Assembly: GCA_965644495.1 (NCBI GenBank)
Contig: CBFFSA010000005.1
Span: 186,001 to 250,000 of the forward strand
Source: Perkinsela sp. CCAP 1560/9
Lineage: Eukaryota > Protista > Euglenozoa: Kinetoplastea
Direction: 5' to 3'
DNA: 64,000 nt
This document shows positions 53,963-64,000 of the stretch, one piece after another. Numbering within the stretch: the stretch's first letter is position 1; every line of letters starts with the position of its first letter. The position numbers and the translations under genes are program-made. The notes under the pieces were generated by a model that saw only the letters and a list, made by a program, of their open reading frames with translations, had not been told where the DNA came from and ran no database searches.

Positions 53963-55720
53963 ATGGAAGATATTTCCGGACGCGACAAGTCAACAAATTT
54001 TCTAGAATGCGAAGTTCCATCGCAGCATTATATCTTAGCCTATTTTCCTGGATCTGTCTCCGAAGCATCGGGCGATAAGGTGTTGGATATGCTGGGTGGC
54101 GCACACACAATTAATGAGTGCTTCATAAAAGCCTGTTCTTCGGGGTCAGAAAATATTCCATTGCACTTTGATGGGTGTACAACGTCACCCGTTGTATTCG
54201 GAGAGCTGTATTCCTCTAATCATTTATGGGTCAGACTAAAAGTGAAGCGCAAAAAGCCCCGAGACTTGTCGAATGCAGAGAAAGAAAAGAGTAAATCTCA
54301 TTCAAATGGCGCTTTCACAGGTATCCCTATCGTGGAAGATCTCAAAATTCGGGGAATTGTGAAAGGGATGGTGTACTTTGCGAAGTGTGCAGACTTAAGC
54401 TTTTTACCGCGAAACCTTTCAAACAAGTCTCCGGAGGTCTCTGAACGCTCTGCGTCAAGCTCAGATGTAAGCATCGTGTCTTATCGGAATTTCACTTCAT
54501 CTCTGGATGAAGAACCACTCTACTTAAAGCCCTACTCATTTATCCAGCAGATTCTGCCATGTAGCACTTCATATTCCTACCGATATGAAAATAAAGGGTA
54601 CGTTCCTGTGCACAGAACTGCACCCCGACTCCCACATTATACGTACAATATGGCAACGAAGGTTATTCAGATCTCCGAGTGGGTGACTTCAAAAGAAAAA
54701 AGACGTCGGGAAGCTCCTCAAGATTATTCTGACGAAGTACCCTCGGAAGCTCCGCCCATGGAGCTAGCTGTTCTACGTGACATGTCGGATGATGCAAGGG
54801 AAAGGCTTGTTGATCTTCGTAAACATTTCTCCCAGCGACCCATATGGTCGTTATCATCCCTACAGCGCGTACAGACATCTGAAACCGCACGAAAATTTGT
54901 CTTGCGGCACATTGGACTGGTTGCCTACCGGGTAGTGGGCCCGGTTGCATTTCGGACTTGCTACATACGACACGGATACGACGTTAGAGACGCTACCAAA
55001 CGCTATGAGAACGCCCTATGGCAGCCTATTCCTTTTACTCAATCAAGGGATGTTATTCGGAGCATTCGAAAAGTTTTTCCGAATTATAGAGCTGCCGCTG
55101 AAGTTCGGCCTAAAAAAACTACATATCAACACAAAGTATTACAGAGCCCTATCAACAAAATAGCTCTTCAAGACACTCCTGTGGAAAAGGATAATCGGCC
55201 GAGTTTCGCAATGCTGAACGATGACTTGGCAGTTGAAACCCTAGACCAATATTTTGAAAGTAATATGACAGCGGAAGCCATCAACAAGCAAGTTGTAGTT
55301 GGTGAGCTATCTTGTACGAGAGTACGAGAGATCTTACTGTCCCAAATTCCACAGGAGATGAATCTGAAATACGGGTATGTTCTGCCTGCTGCACGGCGCA
55401 CTATTGGAGCCTACCTTCGTGATGAATTTGTTAACTTTTTGAAAATAAGATTCCCATCCATTGACATAAATTATGGGCTTTCAACTGAGGTAGAAGGATC
55501 TACAAGTAAGTTTTCTGACACCTTGGTAGCATCCTCCGCCCCTCCGTTGCCTCCACTGAGTGACACAAATGAAAATGGTGATGGTTTGGTTGATCTTCAG
55601 GCTGACGACGTTTTGTCTTGGTCTGATGTGTCTATTCTTTCATCACGAAGTTCACGAGATAATGAATCTCATTCGTCTATTTTGAGCGATTCTGACAGTA
55701 TCAACGGAATCGATTTTTAA
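53963..55720 (+). CDS. TFIIIC Tau95 subunit (TFC1/GTF3C5)-like
   Basis: FPGSV..LDMLGG, FSQRPIWS, AYRVVGP.FRTCYIRHGYDVR; acidic C-terminus. Confidence 0.75.
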   Translation: MEDISGRDKSTNFLECEVPSQHYILAYFPGSVSEASGDKVLDMLGGAHTINECFIKACSSGSENIPLHFDGCTTSPVVFGELYSSNHLWVRLKVKRKKPRDLSNAEKEKSKSHSNGAFTGIPIVEDLKIRGIVKGMVYFAKCADLSFLPRNLSNKSPEVSERSASSSDVSIVSYRNFTSSLDEEPLYLKPYSFIQQILPCSTSYSYRYENKGYVPVHRTAPRLPHYTYNMATKVIQISEWVTSKEKRRREAPQDYSDEVPSEAPPMELAVLRDMSDDARERLVDLRKHFSQRPIWSLSSLQRVQTSETARKFVLRHIGLVAYRVVGPVAFRTCYIRHGYDVRDATKRYENALWQPIPFTQSRDVIRSIRKVFPNYRAAAEVRPKKTTYQHKVLQSPINKIALQDTPVEKDNRPSFAMLNDDLAVETLDQYFESNMTAEAINKQVVVGELSCTRVREILLSQIPQEMNLKYGYVLPAARRTIGAYLRDEFVNFLKIRFPSIDINYGLSTEVEGSTSKFSDTLVASSAPPLPPLSDTNENGDGLVDLQADDVLSWSDVSILSSRSSRDNESHSSILSDSDSINGIDF

Positions 55721-55878
55721 CATTCTAATCTGAACGACATTTTTTCATCCTACTCTATTGCATCTAGATTTATAATGTTAAAATTACGACTGCATGTCGT
55801 CTGACTTTTAAGACTGACCTTTTGTTTATTACACTTTTCTCAAAACCTTTAACTGAGCGGCTCAACTTAATTCGAAAA

Positions 55879-56883
55879 ATGAAAGGATTTATGCGAAACA
55901 AGGTTCTTTCGACTTCAATGGGGACTTATGTGGCTTTTTTGAAGTTTTTTTCATCTACTGTCCGTTCGCTGAAGACAAGTCCTTACGATTCACCGAGTGT
56001 TTGCGAGGAGGAAGTAGAAAAATTTTCCCTCTTGCAAGACAAGTGGTGGAGTCGGACAGGTCCCTGCGCTTTGTTGCACCAGATGAATCCTGCAAGGGTA
56101 GAGTACATATTGAAAGCCGCCGGTGGATCTGTGCGAGGCAAGAAAGTTCTTGACATCGGGTGCGGCGGTGGGCTTCTTAGCGTAGCAATGAGACGCCTCG
56201 GGGCAGTGGTGACAGGAATCGACCCGTGCGAAAACGCTATCCGGGCTGCACAACAATATCAAGAGGTTCACTCCGACTTACACACTGACTTAACCTTTAG
56301 CCGTATAACGCTTGAAGAATTTGTTCAGCAGATGCGGCCAGTCTCGACCATAGATGATTCATCAGAACACGAAAAAGTGGACGATAATGTAATTAAAATT
56401 TCTATACAGGAGCAATTTGATATTGTTCTGCTTTCTGAAGTGATTGAACACGCAGCAAACGTGCGCAACCTTCTTACTCTAGCCACAAAGCTCGTACGTG
56501 ATAATGATGACACGCTACATAAGGCAACCAAACAAAGGTGTCAAACCGAAGCAAGCACAGCAGATTGTAACACTGGTTCTCTTATTATTACAACGATTAA
56601 TCGAACGATTCTTTCTAGGGTACTTGCGATATTCATGGCCGAAAATGTCCTGGGTGTTATTCCTCGAGGGACTCACCAATACGAAAAACTCATATCTCCT
56701 AGCGAGGTATCATCTCTTCTTGAATCCCTAAATTTTTATACCATAGATTTATGTGGTATCATTCCGAGGCCACATCTTTTCCCAGAACCAAGATTAGATT
56801 TTTCGTTGTTTCCCTCATGCACATGCGTGAACTATGCGTTGAGTGCAGTTCCAGCGTCACAACGCCATAGGATCAAACATTGA
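55879..56883 (+). CDS. COQ3: ubiquinone biosynthesis O-methyltransferase
   Basis: EVEKF..WW..G..LLHQMNPARV, VLDIGCGGGLLS, SEVIEH, TTINRT, PRGTHQYEK. Confidence 0.93.
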   Translation: MKGFMRNKVLSTSMGTYVAFLKFFSSTVRSLKTSPYDSPSVCEEEVEKFSLLQDKWWSRTGPCALLHQMNPARVEYILKAAGGSVRGKKVLDIGCGGGLLSVAMRRLGAVVTGIDPCENAIRAAQQYQEVHSDLHTDLTFSRITLEEFVQQMRPVSTIDDSSEHEKVDDNVIKISIQEQFDIVLLSEVIEHAANVRNLLTLATKLVRDNDDTLHKATKQRCQTEASTADCNTGSLIITTINRTILSRVLAIFMAENVLGVIPRGTHQYEKLISPSEVSSLLESLNFYTIDLCGIIPRPHLFPEPRLDFSLFPSCTCVNYALSAVPASQRHRIKH

Positions 56884-57148
56884 GCACGAATAGGTGTTGC
56901 AACAGGAACGAATATTTCAGATTTTTTAAAAACCCAATACATTAACAAATACTAACAAGTAAATACTAACAAGTACTAACAAGAAACTGCGTTAACAAAA
57001 ATACATGTAAATTTGTGCACTAACTACAAGTATGTTTGTAAGGATTGGATGTTCGTTTCGACAATGTGGCATATTTGTAATCTGGATTATTCGTTAATTG
57101 GCTTATTCGTGTGTAATGTAGTAATATGTAGTCTTTAGTAATATCCTT

Positions 57149-58216
57149 ATGCAGACAAGGGTTACATATCGCCGTTTATTACGGTTAGCACACGCCTTAG
57201 ACCGCACCGAGCTGTTCGAGACTAGCGGAAGTGTGCTTAACCTTGTTCAAAGAAAGAAAACGGATTTTTCTCTTATGAAAAGCATCGCGTCAGAATCGGG
57301 ACAAAATACTGACGTTAATCTAATGTACTGTGAAGCAATGGATCTCATTTTGAGAGAACCATCCAATCATCGTGCTCTTACGTCCACCATACACTCTCTT
57401 CTTCGAGGATATGGGAATGATCAGAACACGAAATACTTACTACAAGGTGTAGTAATGTACCTTCAGTTCCTCTCGTACAGAAAGCAGCGAAAGGATGAGG
57501 ACTCGGAAGTAATTTCCGAGCGTCAAAATCGAGTAATGCAAAAGGCAATGATGCCGTACATAGCCCGTCTCTTCAATATCTCACGGGATATCTATGAGTC
57601 CGCTGACGCCAGCACAAAAACTCAATTGTTGAAATTACCGGAAGTGCTGGTTTTGGACATCAATGAGGAGCTAGAAAAGCAAACATTGTACCTGGGTGCG
57701 ACTTTACCTTGGGAGGATGACCCCGAGTTGGTTGCAACATTGGAATGTGAGAATCTCAGAGGGGCCGCGGCACATGCTGAGGCATACAGCAGAGCGCTAC
57801 GTATCTTCCATGCCCTCCTTAGCGAGACAGAGCTACACAGGACAAGAGGGACATTTATAGTCGCCCATGGTCAAACCGGCGCCGTGGCATGTATTCTTGC
57901 CGGACTGCTACATGGGCAGGATTACCCCATTCGGAACGTTATTACTTTCGGTGCACCGAAAGCATACGTTTCCCTACATGAGAGAGACCGTGAGTACATG
58001 AACTCGATTCGGGTCGTGGCAGTAGGGGATCCTTTGGTGGAGATGCCAGATATAAATACGGAAGGCAAGTCTTTTATTCATGTGGGGGAGGTGCTGCGTT
58101 TGCATAAGCCCGATCCCTCGTTTTCTTTAGATGCCTATCATAATTACCTCGCGGATGAGAATATTACACTTTCTTATGAAGAGTACGAAGATGACGGTTC
58201 TGCTAACGTATCATAA
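57149..58216 (+). CDS. class-3 lipase-fold protein lacking the catalytic Ser
   Basis: VITFGAPK, RVVAVGDPLVEMP, FIHVG; nucleophile elbow reads AHGQTG instead of GHSLG. Confidence 0.7.
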   Translation: MQTRVTYRRLLRLAHALDRTELFETSGSVLNLVQRKKTDFSLMKSIASESGQNTDVNLMYCEAMDLILREPSNHRALTSTIHSLLRGYGNDQNTKYLLQGVVMYLQFLSYRKQRKDEDSEVISERQNRVMQKAMMPYIARLFNISRDIYESADASTKTQLLKLPEVLVLDINEELEKQTLYLGATLPWEDDPELVATLECENLRGAAAHAEAYSRALRIFHALLSETELHRTRGTFIVAHGQTGAVACILAGLLHGQDYPIRNVITFGAPKAYVSLHERDREYMNSIRVVAVGDPLVEMPDINTEGKSFIHVGEVLRLHKPDPSFSLDAYHNYLADENITLSYEEYEDDGSANVS

Positions 58217-58548
58217 ACACAGAGCATTAAGTAAGGAAAGCTCTTTGATTGTGAAGTGTGAGACTCAACTCGTATACCACAACGATTTCTACTTGACCTA
58301 TAAGAATTAGCCAAAACCTTTTCTGGCTTTTGCGGGAGTTGCTTACAGTCACTGCCTCTCGTCTTTAATCAGGCCCATGTACATGTAGGGGAGAAATTTG
58401 GTGCGAAATAATTCCTAGACCCGCGTTGGGGACTTCCTAGGTGCTTCTTATTTGTTGGGGGTTAATCTTTACTCCGACGACGCAAATGTTGATATTATCC
58501 TATTAAAGTCAAATTAAAAATATATTCTCTTTATACGAAACCTACTGT

Positions 58549-59883
58549 ATGGCTAATAATTTTGCAGAGCTCACGAGCGAATGGTTTGCAAAATGGCCAA
58601 CGTATCAAAAACGCGCTCTGCCGGTTCGAATGTCATTTCTCGCACGACATTTAGAATTACACTTTCGCCACAAAGATCCATCATTTCTCTCGGGCTGGTT
58701 TTGCGATGAGAAAAATGACTCCCTAGAAGGTAAATTTGTAGATGAAGGAATTTTTCCAGTCATGCGTTCAGCGGGCGACAAAACAATAGAAAACGAATAT
58801 CTCGCGCAGGATACGCCAAATTCTGCGCAGTCATCAATTTTTTCGAATGAGAAAAATGTTAAAAGGGATAAGAAAACGTATGGTGACAGTATTCTTTCCG
58901 TTATACGCTATCTTTTGCTTCGTAAATTTTATCTCTTGCGAAGATATTCAGCTTCTGACTCCGCTCCACTGATTGAGTATTTAGAGCTGGAAAAATCGGA
59001 CCCTTCTCGAATTCCGGAAAGGGAAACAGTTGACAATTTTAAGTTTTCATCTCACGAAGACTTTGGAAGGAGTCGTAAGGCTCCTGGTACTTCTGAAAAG
59101 TTGCAGGACACGGAGCGCGTTTTACGGCATTTCTTTCAAGTGGACCCAGTAAAGCATCAACTCGCCTATTTGTCAATCATACGAAACGATGAAGAACTTG
59201 AACGCTATTGGCGCGCCGCGGTGGATTGCTGGGGGACTATGAGCAAAGAGAACATTTCTTTTTTATTGTCGCGCACGATGAGCTGCTTTCGTCGCGTTCA
59301 CGCACAAAAACCGTCCTTGTACTCTTTGTACAAAATATTACGCTTTGTATTAAAGATTGAAACACTGAATAACTCTAAAGGTGGAATTATTTTACCTCAG
59401 AGAACACAGCATTTCCTCTCCTGGTCAGCAGAGGCGTTACAAACCCAGGAGGCAGGTAACGAGGATGAATCGGCTCTCAGATTCAGCGTTATCAAGTATA
59501 TGACACGAATAACGAAGATATTGGAGTTACGCCTCGAACAACGCGTGGAGGCGTTAGAGCTGTGTACTCGAGTGCAAGCTATGAATTCTCAAGAAATCAT
59601 GAATGAACTCAACTGGATGAATTTGCATCAAAAATCTATGGAAATAGACAATATTCACCCAGCTGGTGAATTAGCAGCTCCGTCTGACGCTACTGTTCTG
59701 GCGGCTGTAAGTCGCTACGGTCCCTATTGGGAGGATATTAAATCTACAATTTTAAAGCGTGTTCATCGTTTGCAATCAGTAGAACAGCACACAGATGTGC
59801 AGCATTTCATAGAAACTCTATGTTGTCCTACTCAAGATAGTGTAAAGAAAAGAAAAAAGCTCAAAAAATATTTACCAACATAA
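58549..59883 (+). CDS. hypothetical protein
   Basis: 444-aa co-oriented ORF; basic C-terminal KKRKKLKK. Confidence 0.6.
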   Translation: MANNFAELTSEWFAKWPTYQKRALPVRMSFLARHLELHFRHKDPSFLSGWFCDEKNDSLEGKFVDEGIFPVMRSAGDKTIENEYLAQDTPNSAQSSIFSNEKNVKRDKKTYGDSILSVIRYLLLRKFYLLRRYSASDSAPLIEYLELEKSDPSRIPERETVDNFKFSSHEDFGRSRKAPGTSEKLQDTERVLRHFFQVDPVKHQLAYLSIIRNDEELERYWRAAVDCWGTMSKENISFLLSRTMSCFRRVHAQKPSLYSLYKILRFVLKIETLNNSKGGIILPQRTQHFLSWSAEALQTQEAGNEDESALRFSVIKYMTRITKILELRLEQRVEALELCTRVQAMNSQEIMNELNWMNLHQKSMEIDNIHPAGELAAPSDATVLAAVSRYGPYWEDIKSTILKRVHRLQSVEQHTDVQHFIETLCCPTQDSVKKRKKLKKYLPT

Positions 59884-60183
59884 AAGTACAGGGTTGAATT
59901 GTTTTATTTTAATAACGTATTGAGTACGTTATCAAAACTTTTGAGTACTATACAGAATGGGCGTGAAGAATGCTTTCTTTTTAAAATGCCCACCCAGAGC
60001 AAACTCAAAATCTTCGAATCTTGGAAAACATTAAAAAGAAGAATTGTTTTATTATAATAGTATAGACCAATAGTACCAGAAACACATTTCTGGTTGCTTT
60101 GTTGTACATGACAAATCTCAAAACAGAATGAATGAAAAAACAAGCTGTTTATTTAGAAAATAAAATTTACTGTGGAATCTACT

Positions 60184-60690
60184 ATGACACATGTGTATAC
60201 CATTTTAAAGCGGATATTCGCCGATGAAAATATCCCTACGGATTGCTCGAAAGAAGAGTTTAGAACGAGATTTGAGAAAGCCGTTACCAAATTCGAAGAA
60301 GATGGATTTCTGGAAAAAACCGCATTAACTCCTATCTTTGCAGATGAACAGCTACAGGAAGTGTTGCATAGGCACCGGCGGGAGTTAGTAGTTGTAAAAT
60401 TCTGGAAAAAAAATTGTCTTCCATGTCTTAGTATGGCAGAAATGTACAAAGAAGCCGAGAAAATTTCTTTCATTGAAAAACTTCCAGTACATTTTTATAG
60501 TGTTGACATTAAAGATCCACAGAATCGAAAGTTAAGTGATTACCAACTTGTTGAGGGCACGCCTACAGTTCAAATATTCAGCGGATCTAAACAAATTGGT
60601 GGGGAAGTAAGGGCCACTAATCTGACTGCTTTTCTTCAAGACATAAAAAATAATCTGCATGCTATCATTTCTGCTTGTCCTCGAGAGTAG
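60184..60690 (+). CDS. thioredoxin-like protein (CLPC)
   Basis: LVVVKFWKKNCLPC, FYSVD, VEGTPTV cis-Pro loop. Confidence 0.8.
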   Translation: MTHVYTILKRIFADENIPTDCSKEEFRTRFEKAVTKFEEDGFLEKTALTPIFADEQLQEVLHRHRRELVVVKFWKKNCLPCLSMAEMYKEAEKISFIEKLPVHFYSVDIKDPQNRKLSDYQLVEGTPTVQIFSGSKQIGGEVRATNLTAFLQDIKNNLHAIISACPRE

Positions 60691-61210
60691 AGTGGGTTCA
60701 ATTGCAGCGAACTACAAGCTGCCTCTCTGGTCGCTACTCTCATCCGCACTGTCATAGGAAAAGAATAGTTCTATTTCTAATAAGAGCAACCATCGGTATC
60801 ACAGTCAGTGTCAATTGCTTGATAATGATACCGATGACTCTGGGAAGCCGGCTGAAGTAGCACCCAAATCACGCTGTACCGAATGTCACCGCAGCGCTCC
60901 CGGCTCACGTGGCACTAGTGCCCTCGATGCAAAACAAGTTGACCCAACTGAATTTAATACAGGGGCCCTGTATCCTCGAGGGTATTATTTCATAGCGCTA
61001 TGATGAATATTTTGCGCGGCAATTCAATCTTCAATTTTATCCTAAATTTTCTCATTTCTTCATACAAGTACGCTTCCAGGCGGGATATGTAGGGTTTGGC
61101 TTACAAAGCATTTTTATAATTTGCCTTTGCGAAAGTTAGGCTAGAGAATTTTTGTCAATAGATGCATTATATCACGAAACTTTTCCGAGAATACATAGCA
61201 TCAATTCCTT

Positions 61211-62428
61211 ATGTTTCACACAGAGTTCATATACTGGCTGGTGCCACCGCGAAGGCCGGGAGCGAAGCGGAGCAAACAAGGAGACGTTTGTATCATTGGG
61301 CAGCAATTTTATGAAGATAACACTGATACTTCAGTGAGGCCCGCAATTCATGACACATTCTCAGAAATTCCTTCCTTAATGAGTGACGAACTGAAAAATG
61401 GTATGACTGAACTGAATACTCAGGGTGCGACTACCAAAGTTTCTCGTTTTGATTCAACACATCACACTTTTGATGTTTTTCGCAATCCGGCCCTTATTTC
61501 TTGCGGATTCGGAGATTATGATGATTCTCATATTGTGTCTTGGTGTCAAGATGCGTGTCGCGCGGCAGTTCTTCCCAAACTATTGGCCAAATCCCTGGTC
61601 AACAGGTCACACCCTTTCGCACATCATGAGTCCGCACAGGGGGTTTCGCACGTAAGGTTTCATCGTGTCAGGAAAAATATCAATTTGAAAGCACAGATAT
61701 CACATGTCATGTACAACGCATTATTCGTCAACTATCCGGCAATAACCGTGCCGATTTCAAGTCGTAGAACTTTGCACCCGGTGCATACCAGTTATAACTA
61801 TGCTTCCAACCACGCATGCAATCTTTATAAAATTGACAACTTTCTTTCTCAGAAAGAGATTGAAATTCTTCTTTCAATGCAAAAAAAAACTTTACCCCAA
61901 GGATGTACGAAGAGGTCTGCTGTGGGTGAAAAAGGAATCATCTCCTCCGATCGTACATCTTCTTCTCTCCATATCCCTAAAGCTTTCAATGGAATTATTC
62001 GGAATATTGAGGAACGTGCGTCTGGACTATTTTCTCTACCTACGGAAGCCGTTGAGCCTCTACAAATTGTACACTACCGTAAAGGTGAATATTATAAATG
62101 TCATCATGATGATTCGACCTTAGACGATGGGCGCCTTTTTTACGATTCCGCTTCGACATCTCCAGGTCGGACGTTTACCATATTTGTATATTTGAACACT
62201 TTACAGAAAGAAGACGGAGGAGAAACATTTTTTCCTCGACTGGGATTGCGGATTAGGCCAACGACAGGCACTGCACTGCTTTGGACGAATGTTCGTGTGG
62301 ACGGACAGCTTGAACCGCTGACTATCCACGAAGGTCTTGCACCAGTCACGAAAAACATAGAAAAAATTGGACTAAACATTTGGCTAAATAATAGAAGCGC
62401 AACAGATCTATTGGATTACTGTCTGTAA
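61211..62428 (+). CDS. prolyl 4-hydroxylase-like 2OG-Fe(II) dioxygenase
   Basis: EPLQIVHY..YKCHHD, TIFVYLN, GGETFFP, HEG..K..NIW. Confidence 0.88.
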   Translation: MFHTEFIYWLVPPRRPGAKRSKQGDVCIIGQQFYEDNTDTSVRPAIHDTFSEIPSLMSDELKNGMTELNTQGATTKVSRFDSTHHTFDVFRNPALISCGFGDYDDSHIVSWCQDACRAAVLPKLLAKSLVNRSHPFAHHESAQGVSHVRFHRVRKNINLKAQISHVMYNALFVNYPAITVPISSRRTLHPVHTSYNYASNHACNLYKIDNFLSQKEIEILLSMQKKTLPQGCTKRSAVGEKGIISSDRTSSSLHIPKAFNGIIRNIEERASGLFSLPTEAVEPLQIVHYRKGEYYKCHHDDSTLDDGRLFYDSASTSPGRTFTIFVYLNTLQKEDGGETFFPRLGLRIRPTTGTALLWTNVRVDGQLEPLTIHEGLAPVTKNIEKIGLNIWLNNRSATDLLDYCL

Positions 62429-62455
62429 TCTAATCTATCTATTAAGAAAGAGGTA

Positions 62456-63340
62456 CTCCCTCTCTCATTAATTTTTATAAATGGATTTCGAGTTATAAAA
62501 ATTTAATTTATGCGGGATCATTAATTTTTATAAATCAGAAATTTATCGAACGCTATTTCTTAATTTTTTTCTAAACCAAAGAATTTTTTCTGTTATTCTA
62601 CTTAAGATGGATTATTTTGTGAACGTGGATGGACGCGCTTCGAAGAAATTTCTTACAGAAAAGCGCAAATGGTTGATTTCTATGCTGGAGGCATAGAAGG
62701 CATGTAATATCACTTACTTTCTTAAAGAAATATTTCTTTTATGCGTTTTTATATGTACCGTCACCCCCCCTCCCCTGACTTAGCCTGCCAAAAAGTCGAA
62801 AAAATAGGAAAAAGCGGATAAGTCGCCCAGCCGACTGCGGGCCTAATTTGTCCGAAGGAGCGTCTTCGTTGCTCGGTCGCAATCCTATGTCGTAATGCAT
62901 ATTGCACTGCCGGATCCCAGGAGTTCTTCTAGAACTCGCGTTTTCACCAAGTCTTTTCTTCCACGTAAATTCAACCAGGACAGGTGGGATCGGTCGGGAT
63001 CGTAAATCTCTAGTTTAAACCCTCTCAGCTTCAGATATTAGATTGATTCGTGAAAAAATGCTCATGTAGGGGAAAAGACAATCTTTTTGGGGGGATTTTC
63101 TTTCTGAGATGAAGATACTGATTTTTGTAAAACGCGATTCACTGAAAAAATTCATCATGGGGAAGCATGGTCGGGACCTACTCGCGGTCTTCCCTGGCAC
63201 TACCATCTTACAGATCGTACTAACGTCGACCTTTTTTTGGAATAGCGGTCATTTATACAGGATCATTAATTTTTATAATTATAATTATAACTCACTTTTT
63301 GTTATAATTTATAATTTATAAAAATTAATGAGAGGGGGAG
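62456..63340. mobile_element. 885-bp Stowaway-like MITE
   Basis: 27-bp TIRs CTCCC(T/C)CTCTCATTAATTTTTATAAAT (26/27), TA on both sides, internal GATCATTAATTTTTATAA copies near 62516 and 63261. Confidence 0.88.
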
Positions 63341-63476
63341 TATATTTTTCTTGCATAAAGATTGCTCAGTGCAACTAATGCGCCTGTGTCGTACTCGTAC
63401 TTGTTTTGAACTTACTTCTATGTCGTACCGAAATTATTACTTTTTTTCGTATACTATACCCCCCATAGCTGTCGTT

Positions 63477-63496
63477 CGACGTCGAATTCGACGTCG
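63477..63496. repeat. 20-bp perfect palindrome within a TCGA-rich array
   Basis: cgacgtcgaattcgacgtcg. Confidence 0.85.
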
Positions 63497-63646
63497 TTCG
63501 ACGGTCGAAAGGTCGAAACATTTTGAGTGCTTGGATGGTTTCTGAAAGAATTTTTTTTCAACAGAATATATGTTTATAAAATGTTTAAAAAATGTATTTG
63601 CAACCAGTCTTCTACTTTTTAGTGTTAATTTACTTGTTTTTTCACA

Positions 63647-64000
63647 ATGCACACCTCTGTTCGAGGAAGGGGGCGCATGATTCCTATCCGCATACCTTCT
63701 CCCCCAGCTCTTTCATCAGATGCAATCGTGCCAACTTTAGCTGAAGCAAATTCTTCCGAATCTGTTTCATCTACTACTCCTTCAGTTACTTCGGTTCGTG
63801 CCAAGAGAACCAATTCGGCGAAGAAGAATAGAACTGCCATGCAGCGAGATGCTTCCACGGAAGCAGCAGATGGTCCCACCCACAGCAGATTTGAAATTTC
63901 CGATAACGTTCTTTCAGGGAGTTATGTTCCTGTCTCAGTACGACGAGAGTGTACCGCGAGGCTTGAAGAGGAAATGCCGTCCTCTCCATCACAACAGGCA
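63647..64000 (+). CDS. 5' part of a Ser-rich hypothetical protein running off the window
   Basis: ATG at 63647 (MHTSVRGRGRMIPIRIPSP) is open for 118 codons to the window end; T-rich tract upstream. Confidence 0.6.
   Translation, partial: MHTSVRGRGRMIPIRIPSPPALSSDAIVPTLAEANSSESVSSTTPSVTSVRAKRTNSAKKNRTAMQRDASTEAADGPTHSRFEISDNVLSGSYVPVSVRRECTARLEEEMPSSPSQQA

Noticed and set aside
56943-56985. Short tactaacaag tandem repeats (also gcaaggtacagt duplication near 29220)
   Set aside because: Ordinary slippage-type duplications with no further structure
60675-61003. Short ORFs after the thioredoxin gene, possible read-through extension
   Set aside because: Interrupted by stops in the frames checked, with no recognisable domain
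63625-63992. Minus-strand ORFs suggesting a strand switch at the window end
   Set aside because: A + strand ORF from ATG 63647 is open to the end and fits the cluster direction

Overview
Gene-dense, intron-less eukaryotic DNA. About 34 host CDSs all lie on the + strand with short AT-rich spacers, several with pyrimidine tracts plus AG just upstream of the start. This is the layout of a kinetoplastid polycistronic gene cluster. A BILBO1-like gene and the type of LRR gene point to a kinetoplastid, most likely a Perkinsela-like lineage (inference from recalled family resemblance). Recognisable genes: RPT2, TRM112, Tctex-1, SRP72, HROB-like, ZNFX1-like, FCP/SCP phosphatase, RBBP4-like, TEL2, SCD6, WWE protein, BILBO1-like, ZIP transporter, gamma-SNAP, PIG-U-like, RPT1, RRP3, Tau95, COQ3, pseudo-lipase, thioredoxin-like and prolyl 4-hydroxylase. 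The only credible minus-strand genes are two Merlin/IS1595 transposases. One sits in an intact 1212-bp element (25-bp TIRs, 8-bp TSD) inserted into a hairpin arm. The other is fused to a SWIM finger and followed by a decayed RING relic. Several distinct TA-flanked Tc1/mariner/pogo-type MITE families occupy the spacers. The strongest unexplained signal is a set of ~1-kb GC-rich islands inside coding sequences where the top strand flips from C-rich to G/T-rich (~30.0 and ~38.65 kb, weaker at ~9.9 and ~52.8 kb); these are candidate replication origins or internal transcription-start regions. No rRNA, tRNA or CRISPR array could be supported.
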